Source: Phocaeicola massiliensis
GTDB lineage: Bacteria; Spirochaetota; Spirochaetia; Sphaerochaetales; Sphaerochaetaceae
Assembly: GCA_963615565.1 (NCBI GenBank)
Contig: CAVEGR010000079.1
Location: forward strand, 1 to 54,319
Direction: 5' to 3'
DNA length: 54,319 bases
The notes below the pieces were generated by a model. It had not been told where the DNA came from, made no database searches, and saw nothing but the letters and a program-made list of their open reading frames with translations. Positions 9,024 to 18,259 of the stretch are shown in pieces. The position numbers and the translations under genes were made by a program. Every line of letters begins with the position of its first letter. Within the stretch, counting starts at the first letter, position 1.

Positions 9024-9110
9024 AAAAGTCTACTTAAAACGTCAAAAAAGGGCTAAAAAGTAGCTTTGTCTACTTAGATGGCCTAAAAATAGGGTTTTAA
9101 GTAGACTTTT
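9024..9110. repeat. 87-bp element bounded by perfect 17-bp inverted repeats
   Basis: AAAAGTCTACTTAAAAC (9024-9040) and GTTTTAAGTAGACTTTT (9094-9110). Inside are a third partial arm copy, GTCTACTTAG (9068-9077), and the direct repeats GGGCTAAAAAGTAG / GGCCTAAAAATAGG. Confidence 0.7.
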
Positions 9111-9134
9111 TTATTTCAATGACCTTCAGGCAAT

Positions 9135-9162
9135 AAAAAACCACCTCAGCGAGGTGGTTTTT
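9135..9162. terminator. Bidirectional Rho-independent terminator (GPH gene / serC)
   Basis: Stem CCACCTC (9141-9147) / GAGGTGG (9151-9157), with an A-run before it and a T-run after. Confidence 0.75.
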
Positions 9163-9185
9163 CATATACCAATTGACGTAAAATC

Positions 9186-10271
9186 TTAGCTATTTTTTGC
9201 CTCATAGTCCTTAAGGAAGTCTACAAGAGCAACAACACCTTCTTTTGGCATTGCATTGTAGATAGAAGCTCTCAAGCCACCAACAGACTTGTGTCCCTTG
9301 AGGTTGTCATAACCAGCTGCTTTTGTTGCTGCAACAACCTGAGCATCAAGTTCAGCGCTATCTGTAACAAACGGAATATTCATCAAAGAACGGTCCTTCT
9401 TCTCAACTGTTCCCTTGAACATCTTTGATGAATCCAAGAAGTCATAGAACACTTTTGCCTTGTCTTCATTAATCTTGTTCATTTCTTCAAGACCACCAAG
9501 ACTCTTTAGATACTTGAAGACCTTACCGCAACAATAAATTGCCCAGCAGTTTGGTGTGTTATACATGCTTCCGTTGTCAGCATGTGTCTTGTATTGGAGA
9601 TAAATTGGAAGGTTGGTCAGATCATCTCTGATAAGATCTTCACGAATAATTACAACAACCATTCCAGCAGGTCCAACGTTCTTCTGAACACCAGCATAAA
9701 TCAAACCATAGTCAGATACATTGCATGGCTTTGAAAGGAACATTGATGACTGGTCAGAAACAAGTACGTGTCCTTTTGTATTTGGAAGATTATGCCATGT
9801 TACACCATGAATTGTCTCGTTCTCACAAATGTAAACATAGTCTGTATCCTCTGGGATGTCCAAATCTGAGCAATCTGGAATATAAGTATAATTCTTGTCC
9901 TTAGAAGAAGCTGCAACAATAACTTCGCCAACTTTCTTAGCTTCAGCAATAGCTTTCTTGGACCATGCACCAGTTTCAATATAAACAGCCTTTCCGTTCT
10001 TCATAAGGTTCATAGGAATCATTGAAAACTGAAGTGTTGCACCACCTTGAATAAAGAGAACTTTGTAGTTATCTGGAATTCCCATAAGATCTCTGAGATC
10101 TTTTTCAGCATCATCAATAATTTGCTGATAAACCTTTGAGCGGTGGCTCATTTCCATAACACACATACCACTTCCGCGGTAGTTCATCATCTCGTCACGT
10201 ATCTCTTCCAAAACAGGCTCTGGCATCATTGCAGGACCAGCAGAAAAATTGAAAGTACGTCCATATTTCAT
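9186..10271 (-). CDS. serC: Phosphoserine aminotransferase
   Basis: The N-terminus FNFSAGPAMMPEPVLEEI is typical of SerC. ATG 10271 (MKYGRT..) is preceded by GGAGG; the track start 10286 is probably too far upstream. Confidence 0.92.
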   Translation of the reverse strand: MKYGRTFNFSAGPAMMPEPVLEEIRDEMMNYRGSGMCVMEMSHRSKVYQQIIDDAEKDLRDLMGIPDNYKVLFIQGGATLQFSMIPMNLMKNGKAVYIETGAWSKKAIAEAKKVGEVIVAASSKDKNYTYIPDCSDLDIPEDTDYVYICENETIHGVTWHNLPNTKGHVLVSDQSSMFLSKPCNVSDYGLIYAGVQKNVGPAGMVVVIIREDLIRDDLTNLPIYLQYKTHADNGSMYNTPNCWAIYCCGKVFKYLKSLGGLEEMNKINEDKAKVFYDFLDSSKMFKGTVEKKDRSLMNIPFVTDSAELDAQVVAATKAAGYDNLKGHKSVGGLRASIYNAMPKEGVVALVDFLKDYEAKNS

Positions 10272-10443
10272 AAAACAATCCTCCATTGTTACTTTTTCTG
10301 GTACTTTATTTTAGCCTACTACACTCTGCAACAAAATGCAACAAATTTTTAGAGTCCAGAAAGGGTGCAAAAAGGAACTAAAAAGGGCAACAACAAATTC
10401 CAACCTACTTGCTTAAATGTTTAAAATGTAAAGAATCAGAAGT

Positions 10444-11841
10444 ATGAGTAATATCCTTTCACAAAGAAAAAGACTTCACGTAAGTAAAACAGAAGTAGAT
10501 ATGTCACAAGGGGAAATCATAAGCCTCCTTGTCAACTTTGCAGCCCCTCTTTTGCTTGGCAACATCTTCCAACAACTTTACAACACTGTAGATACATGGG
10601 TAGTTGGAAACTACGTAGGAAAGAATGCTTTTTCTGCTGTTGGAACGTTAAACCCAATTATCAATACTTTAATTGGTTTTTTTATGGGTTTTTCTAATGG
10701 TGCTTGCGTCATTATAGCCAGATACTTTGGAGCTGGAGATAAAGAGAAAGTTTCCAAGTCAGTTCACACCTTTGTTGCAGTTACTCTTATTCTTTGTGTA
10801 GTTTTCACTGTGTTAGGCTTATTGCTCACTCCATACCTACTAGACATGATTCAGTCTCCAGTTGAAGTCAGAAACGAGCAATACACATACCTTTCCATTT
10901 ACTTTGCTGGAGTGTCTGGTCTGTTGATATACAACATGGGCTCAGCCATACTAAGAGCGGTAGGAAACTCACTCATCCCCTTCATTTTTTTAGTGATATC
11001 GGCATTACTGAACATTGTTTTGGATTTGGTGTTCGTTATCAATTTCAATTTAGGTACAGCTGGCGTGGCCTATGCAACCATCTTGTCGCAGATGATATCG
11101 GCAATTTTGGTTCTTGTTTTGCTCGTTAAAACAGACTCAAGTGTAAGGCTCAAACTGCGCAAAATCTCCATTGATTTTCAAATACTCAAGAACATTATCA
11201 TTGTTGGATTGCCGTCTGCAATTCAAATGTCGGTTACCGCGTTTTCCAATATTTTCGTGCAATCATACATCAACTATTTTGGTGCAGACTGCATGGGAGG
11301 ATGGACAGCCTATTCCAAGCTTGACCAACTCCTGTTCTTGCCTATGCAATCTCTAGCCATGGCAACTCAGACGTTTGTAAGTCAGAATTTAGGAAGGCAT
11401 TTTACGGATAGAGCAAAAAAAGGCGTTATAACAGCCCTTCTTTCTTCTATTGTCTGCACCATTGTTTTAATTGTACCAGTTATGGTTGCAGCTCCAATGT
11501 TGGTCAAATTCTTCATTGATGACAACGAAACTGAGGTTATTCGTTATGGAACTATGTTCTTGAGAATGATTTCACCTTTCTACGTTGCTTGCTGTTTCAA
11601 CCAAATTTTTGGAGGAGCCCTCAGAGGTGCAGGAAAATCTACAAGCTCAATGATTATTATGCTTGGCTCATTTGTTCTTGCAAGACAAATTTATCTTTAT
11701 ATAGTTTCCAATTTCATTAGTAATACTATTATTCCAATTGCAATGGGATATCCGTTTGGATGGATTTTATGTAGCATTCTAATGTTAATCTGTTATAAGA
11801 TTTCTTTTACTGAAAAAAACTTATACAAGACTAACCTGTAA
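10444..11841 (+). CDS. MATE family efflux transporter
   Basis: 465 aa and very hydrophobic. The MATE-type N-terminal block is PLLLGNIFQQLYNTVDTWVVG. Confidence 0.85.
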   Translation: MSNILSQRKRLHVSKTEVDMSQGEIISLLVNFAAPLLLGNIFQQLYNTVDTWVVGNYVGKNAFSAVGTLNPIINTLIGFFMGFSNGACVIIARYFGAGDKEKVSKSVHTFVAVTLILCVVFTVLGLLLTPYLLDMIQSPVEVRNEQYTYLSIYFAGVSGLLIYNMGSAILRAVGNSLIPFIFLVISALLNIVLDLVFVINFNLGTAGVAYATILSQMISAILVLVLLVKTDSSVRLKLRKISIDFQILKNIIIVGLPSAIQMSVTAFSNIFVQSYINYFGADCMGGWTAYSKLDQLLFLPMQSLAMATQTFVSQNLGRHFTDRAKKGVITALLSSIVCTIVLIVPVMVAAPMLVKFFIDDNETEVIRYGTMFLRMISPFYVACCFNQIFGGALRGAGKSTSSMIIMLGSFVLARQIYLYIVSNFISNTIIPIAMGYPFGWILCSILMLICYKISFTEKNLYKTNL

Positions 11842-11869
11842 GAATCTAAGAAACTGTACCAAAAGCTTC

Positions 11870-12361
11870 TCAACCCTGTTTCTTTTGCAAAGCTCCAATA
11901 AAGTCCTTATAAATGCCTGGAGTAGAATTTGGAATTTCTATAGCTCCAACACATTTAGTATAAAACTCTTTTGGACCTACGCCTCCAATAATTGCATAAG
12001 CATAGCCAATGTTTCTCATATCCAAAAGAGTATTTATAAGAAGAGCTTTTCCAATACCCATACCTTGATACTCTTCCAAGACTTTTGTAGGACCAAAGAA
12101 ATTACGGCAGGTGGCATCATAACAAGCATATCCAATTATGGAAGCCCCTTTAGTTGCAATAAATAAAGAGACAGGTTGACGTGAAAAACAAGTACAAGCT
12201 TCGCCCTTAGCACTTAAAGAACTATGTTGCTCAATCCAAGGAAGAATCCTAAACATGTCAGGGGTCATTGCACGTCTAATTACAATGTCTTGGCTAGCAA
12301 GTTTCTTTGTAAGTTCTACACAAGGTTCAAGAGGTAAAAGAGAAACTAACATATCACTCAT
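11870..12361 (-). CDS. GNAT family N-acetyltransferase
   Basis: 163 aa with the acetyl-CoA binding motif QGMGIGKALL. Confidence 0.8.
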   Translation of the reverse strand: MSDMLVSLLPLEPCVELTKKLASQDIVIRRAMTPDMFRILPWIEQHSSLSAKGEACTCFSRQPVSLFIATKGASIIGYACYDATCRNFFGPTKVLEEYQGMGIGKALLINTLLDMRNIGYAYAIIGGVGPKEFYTKCVGAIEIPNSTPGIYKDFIGALQKKQG

Positions 12362-12431
12362 AAAGGACTCCTATATAGTTACTTTGAGGGTTTTGCAAAA
12401 AAATTCCTTTATATCTTTATAGCTCAACTGG

Positions 12432-13985
12432 TTATAGTTCAACTGGCAACACACCATATGCCTTTGCCTTTCCAGAAAGCACATCTGCAATAGGCTTCAT
12501 TATCATAGGAGTATATTCATAAGCTGCAAGAGCTCCTGTTGATAATTGAACGGAAGATAAATCAAATGGATTTCTAAGAGCAACAACATTCACTGCATTA
12601 TGCACTTTTTCCAGCTCTTTAACTAACGCAATCTGACCCGGTTTAGAATGACCATTGTAAGTACCAACCGTAACAGAAGAAAAACCCTTACAGTTAGAAC
12701 ATACAGATTTAATTTCTTCTTCAGTAGGATCTGTTGAAGTTATGATAGATTCACCACCAAGAAGACTCTTCATCTCTGTTGCAAAACAGAAAGATTTGTT
12801 TTCTGGATTGGAAACCATTGTAACAACAAACGGATAGCATCCTATAAACAAAGGCTTAGGCCCTAAAGATTTTAGAGGATGAACTAACGTAAGAGATTTA
12901 GAACGTATATCATTTACAAAAGTTTCATCATTTAAGCGCTCCTCAGAATCATATTTATAGAAACTATCATCTTGAGCATTATCAGATAGAAAACGCTTTT
13001 TTAAAGCCATTATTCTATTGAATGAAGCATCAAGAATTTCGTCATCTAGCAGCTCAAAAGCACAATCGCTAACTTGAGCAGCAAGAGACGGAGTATGGGA
13101 GATACCAGCAATATCGGCACTAGCCTCAAAAGCCTTCAAAGCACCTTGAACAGTGCCCCATTTTCCTTGAATAGCCCCCATTTCCAAGCAATCTGTGAAA
13201 ATTACGCCATCAAATCCAATTTTCTCCCTTAATATTCCAGAAAGAATTTTCTTGTTCATAGTAGCTGGTAGACCACTATCATCAAGTTTTGGAAAAACAA
13301 TATGTGAAGTCATTATAGAAGGCACTCCTGCTTTAACAGCAGCTCTAAAAGGAACAAGCTCCACTTTCTCCAACTCTTCCAAATCTTTATCAATAACAGG
13401 AAGTCCAACGTGAGAGTCTACACTAGTATCACCGTGTCCTGGAAAGTGTTTTGCACAGCAAACAAGATTATGCTTTAAATACCCTGCAATAGCTTTTGTA
13501 CTATTTTGAGCAACTATAGTAGGATCATTTGAATAGCTTCTTACTCCAATGACTCTGTTCTGAGGATTGTTAATTACATCGCAATCTGGTGCAAAATTTA
13601 AATTACAACCACAACTTAACATTTCTTTTGCTGTAATCTCTGAGCATCTAAATATTGCATCCTCTTGACCTTGTACTGCAGTTAAAGCCATAGCTCCCGG
13701 CACGTTTATTGCTTCTAGTGGTAGCCTTGTAACTACACCACCTTCTTGGTCTATAGCAATCAAAGGTTGTATCCCAGTCTCCTCAACAATTAATTTTCTT
13801 AAATCTGAAGTAAGTTTTTTAAGTTGGGATGTGGACTCTATATTGCTTTGAAAAAGAATCACATTTCCAATTTTCTTTTCTTTAATAAGAGCTTTAAACT
13901 CATCTGTTAAATAACTTTGTCCAAATCCTGCAATTATTTTCTGTCCAATTTTTATTCTTCTTTCTTTTTTTTCTTGTTCTGTCAT
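12432..13985 (-). CDS. nagZ: Glycoside hydrolase family 3 beta-N-acetylhexosaminidase (NagZ-like, two-domain, no signal peptide)
   Basis: GH3 motif KHFPGHGDTSVDSH. ATG 13985 (MTEQEKK..) is preceded by AAGGGG. The track start 14105 would overlap the upstream gene by 94 nt. Confidence 0.85.
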   Translation of the reverse strand: MTEQEKKERRIKIGQKIIAGFGQSYLTDEFKALIKEKKIGNVILFQSNIESTSQLKKLTSDLRKLIVEETGIQPLIAIDQEGGVVTRLPLEAINVPGAMALTAVQGQEDAIFRCSEITAKEMLSCGCNLNFAPDCDVINNPQNRVIGVRSYSNDPTIVAQNSTKAIAGYLKHNLVCCAKHFPGHGDTSVDSHVGLPVIDKDLEELEKVELVPFRAAVKAGVPSIMTSHIVFPKLDDSGLPATMNKKILSGILREKIGFDGVIFTDCLEMGAIQGKWGTVQGALKAFEASADIAGISHTPSLAAQVSDCAFELLDDEILDASFNRIMALKKRFLSDNAQDDSFYKYDSEERLNDETFVNDIRSKSLTLVHPLKSLGPKPLFIGCYPFVVTMVSNPENKSFCFATEMKSLLGGESIITSTDPTEEEIKSVCSNCKGFSSVTVGTYNGHSKPGQIALVKELEKVHNAVNVVALRNPFDLSSVQLSTGALAAYEYTPMIMKPIADVLSGKAKAYGVLPVEL

Positions 13986-14011
13986 TTTATAAACCCCTTT
14001 TCTTGAAAAAT

Positions 14012-15172
14012 CTAATACATCAAACAATTCATAACTCTTTTTGCAAAAGCAATGTTCTGGATTCTGCTTTCTTCTATAAGAGCCAAGAAATCCATATCTT
14101 TGCAAGCTTCTGAACCAAGAAGTCTAGACAATTTCTTTCCCTCTTCAAGCAGTTCAAAATCATTTGGATACACATTCTTTAAAACATCTAGAATTTTCAT
14201 AATTGTTTCAAACGATTTAAATTTTCTTCTGTCAGTAAAAATTATCCTACAGCCCTGGCATTGCACCCCACTATGCTTACTAAAAGATGGCGTAAATGCA
14301 ACAGGAGTAAATACAACCCCCTCCAGCTGTAGAGCATTCATCCTTTCAACAAGATCTTTTGCAACAATAAACGGTGCCCCAAAAACCTGAAAAGGCGTAC
14401 TGGTTCCTCGTCCCTCAGAGATATTTGTACCCTCCAACAAAGCCATTGCCGAGTACGCAAGGGCACTATCCAACGTTGGAATAGAGACCGATGGTGGTAC
14501 AAAAACATAATCAAAATTATCTAGATTTTCTTCAAGATTCACGTCTGGTTTTGCTTTTTCAAAGCAAACAATTTCAATTGGAAAATCATAATCGAATTCA
14601 GTATAAACCAGTTTAGCAAACTCTCCAGGAGTTAATCCGTACCTAAAAGGAATATTGTAAATACCAACAAAACTTTCAAAATTCTTCTTTGTCACAAGAC
14701 CGTCAAAGCATCGTCCAAGCATTGGAGGTCTATCTAAAACCACTAAAGCGGTTTTAGTTCTTTGACATGTTTTCATAGCTTCAAAAAGAGTAGAAATATA
14801 TGTGTAACATCTAACACCAACATCCTGGATGTCGTACACAACAGCATCCACATCTTCTAAAAGTGAATCTTCTATAGCTTGACTTTTACTACTGTAAAGG
14901 CTGAAAACAGGAAGTCCTGTAAATGAATCTGTGTAGTAAGAAACATCCTCTCCTGCACCACAATTACCAAAAAGTCCATGCTCAGGAGAAAAAAGTTTTA
15001 CAAGATTATAAAATTCATAAAGTAGGCAATGTGACAATTTATAATGCACATCTAAACCCGTTTGATTTGTAATCATTGCAAGACGTTTTTCCTTGTACTT
15101 GTTTAAGTAGTATGGATTAGTTGTAAAGAAATCTATTCCACACCTTAGCTTGTTACAAACCTTGCTACTCAT
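14012..15172 (-). CDS. namZ: DUF1343 family protein (exo-beta-N-acetylmuramidase NamZ/YbbC family)
   Basis: Blocks ITNQTGLD and FSPEHGLFG are typical of DUF1343. There is a 4-nt overlap with the anmK stop. Confidence 0.8.
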   Translation of the reverse strand: MSSKVCNKLRCGIDFFTTNPYYLNKYKEKRLAMITNQTGLDVHYKLSHCLLYEFYNLVKLFSPEHGLFGNCGAGEDVSYYTDSFTGLPVFSLYSSKSQAIEDSLLEDVDAVVYDIQDVGVRCYTYISTLFEAMKTCQRTKTALVVLDRPPMLGRCFDGLVTKKNFESFVGIYNIPFRYGLTPGEFAKLVYTEFDYDFPIEIVCFEKAKPDVNLEENLDNFDYVFVPPSVSIPTLDSALAYSAMALLEGTNISEGRGTSTPFQVFGAPFIVAKDLVERMNALQLEGVVFTPVAFTPSFSKHSGVQCQGCRIIFTDRRKFKSFETIMKILDVLKNVYPNDFELLEEGKKLSRLLGSEACKDMDFLALIEESRIQNIAFAKRVMNCLMY

Positions 15173-16329
15173 ATTGAAACCTTTCCCATTGAAGTATAGT
15201 GCCTTGCACCAGTTACAGAAAGAACTTCATTTTTACTTTCATGTAAACGTTCATTGCCAAGAATGACAAAAGCAATGGCCTCTTTCATGTCAGAATCCTT
15301 ACCAATAAGAACCTTTGTATTTGGAAGATGAAGTCTCAAATGATTAATCATAGCTTCGTTATGAGCCCCTCCTCCATTTACAAATAGTTCATCTAGAATG
15401 AAGTTTTCATTCTTAAGAGAAATCTCTATACAAGTAGAAGTAAAAGCTGTTGCTGTAGCAATAAGATCAGGCATAGAGACATTCAGTTCTACTGCTTTTC
15501 GCATAATCTTATCTACATACAATGGCCCATAAAGCTCTCTTCCTGTTGTTTTTGGGGCTTTTCTTGGAATATAGGCATCTGTTTCTATCATCCAAGACAA
15601 AAGTTCTTCATTGATTTTTGCCCCTAAAGCAATACGCCCACCATCATCATAGTTAAGCAATCCATTTGAATATTTCTTCACTAAAGCATCCACTACCATA
15701 TTGCCAGGCCCTGTATCATAAGCAATAACTTCTTCGCAGGAACATCCCTTTTTCATTAAGCTTATATTGCCAATTCCACCAATATTTTGTAGAGCGATAT
15801 TTTTCTCATTATTTGCATACAATATAAACTCTGTAAAAGGAACAAGTGGTGCCCCCTGGCCACCGGCAGCAACATCTCTAACTCTAAAATCACCAATAAC
15901 AGGACATCCAAGACGCTCTGCTATACAAGAAACTTCTCCAAGTTGCAATGTAGATCTAACATTCCTTCCAAAGAATTCCACCCCGTGAGGTTCATGCCAA
16001 AAGGTATGCCCATGACTTGCAACAAAGTCAATCTTTGGACATGTTTTTATATTTTTCTTCCATAGAGACTCTGCTACGTCAGCAAACAGCTCTCCCAGAT
16101 AAAAATTCAAAGAACAAATTTCACCTGTTGTAGTTGGAGCACCACCAGCTATTGAAATAAGCTTATCCCTAAAGTCCTGAGCATAACCCAAGAAAGCAGA
16201 ATCCACCAAAGAAACTTTTGTATTGGAGCCATGACCCTCTATAGCAACAAGAGCAGCATCAATACCATCTGCACTTGTGCCACTCATAATTCCTATTGCA
16301 TATTTTACTTTTTCTTCTGTTTTATTCAT
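15169..16329 (-). CDS. anmK: Anhydro-N-acetylmuramic acid kinase
   Basis: Hallmark N-terminus GIMSGTSADGIDAALV; 386 aa. Confidence 0.92.
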   Translation of the reverse strand: MNKTEEKVKYAIGIMSGTSADGIDAALVAIEGHGSNTKVSLVDSAFLGYAQDFRDKLISIAGGAPTTTGEICSLNFYLGELFADVAESLWKKNIKTCPKIDFVASHGHTFWHEPHGVEFFGRNVRSTLQLGEVSCIAERLGCPVIGDFRVRDVAAGGQGAPLVPFTEFILYANNEKNIALQNIGGIGNISLMKKGCSCEEVIAYDTGPGNMVVDALVKKYSNGLLNYDDGGRIALGAKINEELLSWMIETDAYIPRKAPKTTGRELYGPLYVDKIMRKAVELNVSMPDLIATATAFTSTCIEISLKNENFILDELFVNGGGAHNEAMINHLRLHLPNTKVLIGKDSDMKEAIAFVILGNERLHESKNEVLSVTGARHYTSMGKVSI

Positions 16330-16334
16330 TTAAA

Positions 16335-17213
16335 TTAGCCTTTAACAGAGCCAACAGTAAGACCTTTTACAAAATATTTTTGCAAGAAAGGATATAAAAT
16401 AATAATTGGCAATGTTGATGTAATAATAACAGCACTCTTTATTGAGATTGAAAGACTTGCAGTGTCAGTTGAAGCGCTACTGCTATCTCCAAGAACCATT
16501 GTTCCGTTTACAATATTTCTTAGGAACAACATAACTGGATACTGTTTTGTGTTAAGGTATATAAGACCATTAAACCAATCGTTCCAGAAAAATACAGCAT
16601 AATAAAGACCTACAGTAGCTATAGCCGCAGTAGAAAGAGGCAATATAATTCTAGGAAGAATTGAGAAATACCCAATACCATCAATGAGAGCAGCCTCTTC
16701 TATTTCCTGAGGTAATGCTTTAAAGAAATTAACCATGATAATGAGATTAAATTGGTTAATTGCAAACGGAATCAGCATTGCAAAACGTGTTCCAGTAAGG
16801 TGTAAGGCCGATATTAAAAGATAGTTTGGAATTAATCCTCCAGCAAAATACATGGAAAAAATGACCATCTTCATAAGAAATTTATGTCCTTTGAGATAGG
16901 ACTTTGATAGTGGATAAGCAAATAAGATGGTCATGCAAAGAGCAATGAAAGTTCCTGTTATTGTGTAAAAAATAGTATTCCCATATGCTCTAAAGAAATT
17001 TGGATAAGTAAATATTTGCTTATATGCTTCAAAATTAATTCCTTTAGGAATAAGTTTAACCTGATTATTTATGATTGCTTTTGAAGATGAAAGAGAAAGC
17101 GCAACCATATATATAAACGGAATAATACAAATGAGCAGTGTAAAAATCATCACTATGTAGATGATTACGTTTAAAACTTTTGAGGAAGTAGATGTGTCTT
17201 TAACTTTTGCCAT
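16335..17213 (-). CDS. Carbohydrate ABC transporter permease (CUT1, LplC-like)
   Basis: EAA loop EAALIDGIGYFSILPRIILP and six hydrophobic spans. Confidence 0.85.
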   Translation of the reverse strand: MAKVKDTSTSSKVLNVIIYIVMIFTLLICIIPFIYMVALSLSSSKAIINNQVKLIPKGINFEAYKQIFTYPNFFRAYGNTIFYTITGTFIALCMTILFAYPLSKSYLKGHKFLMKMVIFSMYFAGGLIPNYLLISALHLTGTRFAMLIPFAINQFNLIIMVNFFKALPQEIEEAALIDGIGYFSILPRIILPLSTAAIATVGLYYAVFFWNDWFNGLIYLNTKQYPVMLFLRNIVNGTMVLGDSSSASTDTASLSISIKSAVIITSTLPIIILYPFLQKYFVKGLTVGSVKG

Positions 17214-17228
17214 TTTCCATCTCCTCCA

Positions 17229-18161
17229 TCAATACACTCCATCGCCTGTTAAAATCTTAGACAGACGATTTGAGCCAGAAACAAGAAGTAATCCTATAAT
17301 TCCTGAGAAAAGACCAATTGCTGTTGCATACGAATAATTTTGGTTGGAAATACCTGTTCTGTATACAAGAGTATCTATTATATCACTAACAGAACTATTA
17401 CTTGGCGTGTACATGAGAAGGACCTTCTCAAACCCAAGACTTAGAAGCCTTCCAACCTCAAGAATGAGCATTACCATTATTGTAGGCAAAATAGAAGGGA
17501 TTGTTACATGAAAAACTTGTTTAAAACGGTTAGCTCCGTCAATTTCAGCTGCTTCATATAGGTCACTGTTTATACTTGTAATGGAAGCCAAATAAATAAT
17601 TGCTGTCCATCCTGTAAATTGCCAAGCACCAGATGCTATATACAAGAACCTAAAATACTGTGGTTCATTCATGAAATAAATGGGCTGCAGATGTAGAACA
17701 TTTGTTCTAAACTGATTCCAAAGCCCTGAAGAAGGAGAAAGTATTTCTGTCATCATTGCAATAACAACAACAGTAGAAATAAATCTAGGCATGTATGAAA
17801 TTGTTTGAACTACTTTCTTAAATTTTTTTCTATTAACTTCATTAAGAAGTATTGCAAAAATTATAGGAAGAGGAAATGTAAAAATGATATTCAAAAGGCT
17901 TAAAACAAGAGTATTTCTAAAAGCCCTCCAGAAAGCCGGATCCTGTAAAAATCTCTTAAAGTATTCAAAGCCAACCCATTTTACACCAAAAATTCCCTTA
18001 CCTGGACGATACTTTCTAAAAGCAAGTACATTTCCAAACATTGGTATGTACTTGAAAACAATGAAGTACATTACTGGAACAACCATCATTAGATACAACT
18101 GCCAATAACGCTTAAAGTGACGTTGTAAAGGAGTTTTTCCATTTATATCCCGTTTTTGCAT
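17229..18161 (-). CDS. Carbohydrate ABC transporter permease (CUT1, LplB-like)
   Basis: EAA loop EAAEIDGANRFKQVFHVTIP. The ATG at 18161 (MQKRDING..) is preferred over the TTG at 18179. Confidence 0.85.
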   Translation of the reverse strand: MQKRDINGKTPLQRHFKRYWQLYLMMVVPVMYFIVFKYIPMFGNVLAFRKYRPGKGIFGVKWVGFEYFKRFLQDPAFWRAFRNTLVLSLLNIIFTFPLPIIFAILLNEVNRKKFKKVVQTISYMPRFISTVVVIAMMTEILSPSSGLWNQFRTNVLHLQPIYFMNEPQYFRFLYIASGAWQFTGWTAIIYLASITSINSDLYEAAEIDGANRFKQVFHVTIPSILPTIMVMLILEVGRLLSLGFEKVLLMYTPSNSSVSDIIDTLVYRTGISNQNYSYATAIGLFSGIIGLLLVSGSNRLSKILTGDGVY

Positions 18162-18189
18162 ATCAAAATTACCTAACAAAACATAAACT

Positions 18190-18216
18190 TAGGAGGGTTC
18201 TAGACGAACCCTCCTA
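18190..18216 (-). terminator. Strong stem-loop between the binding-protein and permease genes (attenuator or mRNA stabiliser)
   Basis: 11-bp perfect stem TAGGAGGGTTC (18190-18200) / GAACCCTCCTA (18206-18216) with a 5-nt loop. On the - strand the following sequence is only moderately T-rich. Confidence 0.5.
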
Positions 18217-18259
18217 GAAATTTGACTAATAAAACGTATTAGAAACGCATTAGTACATA

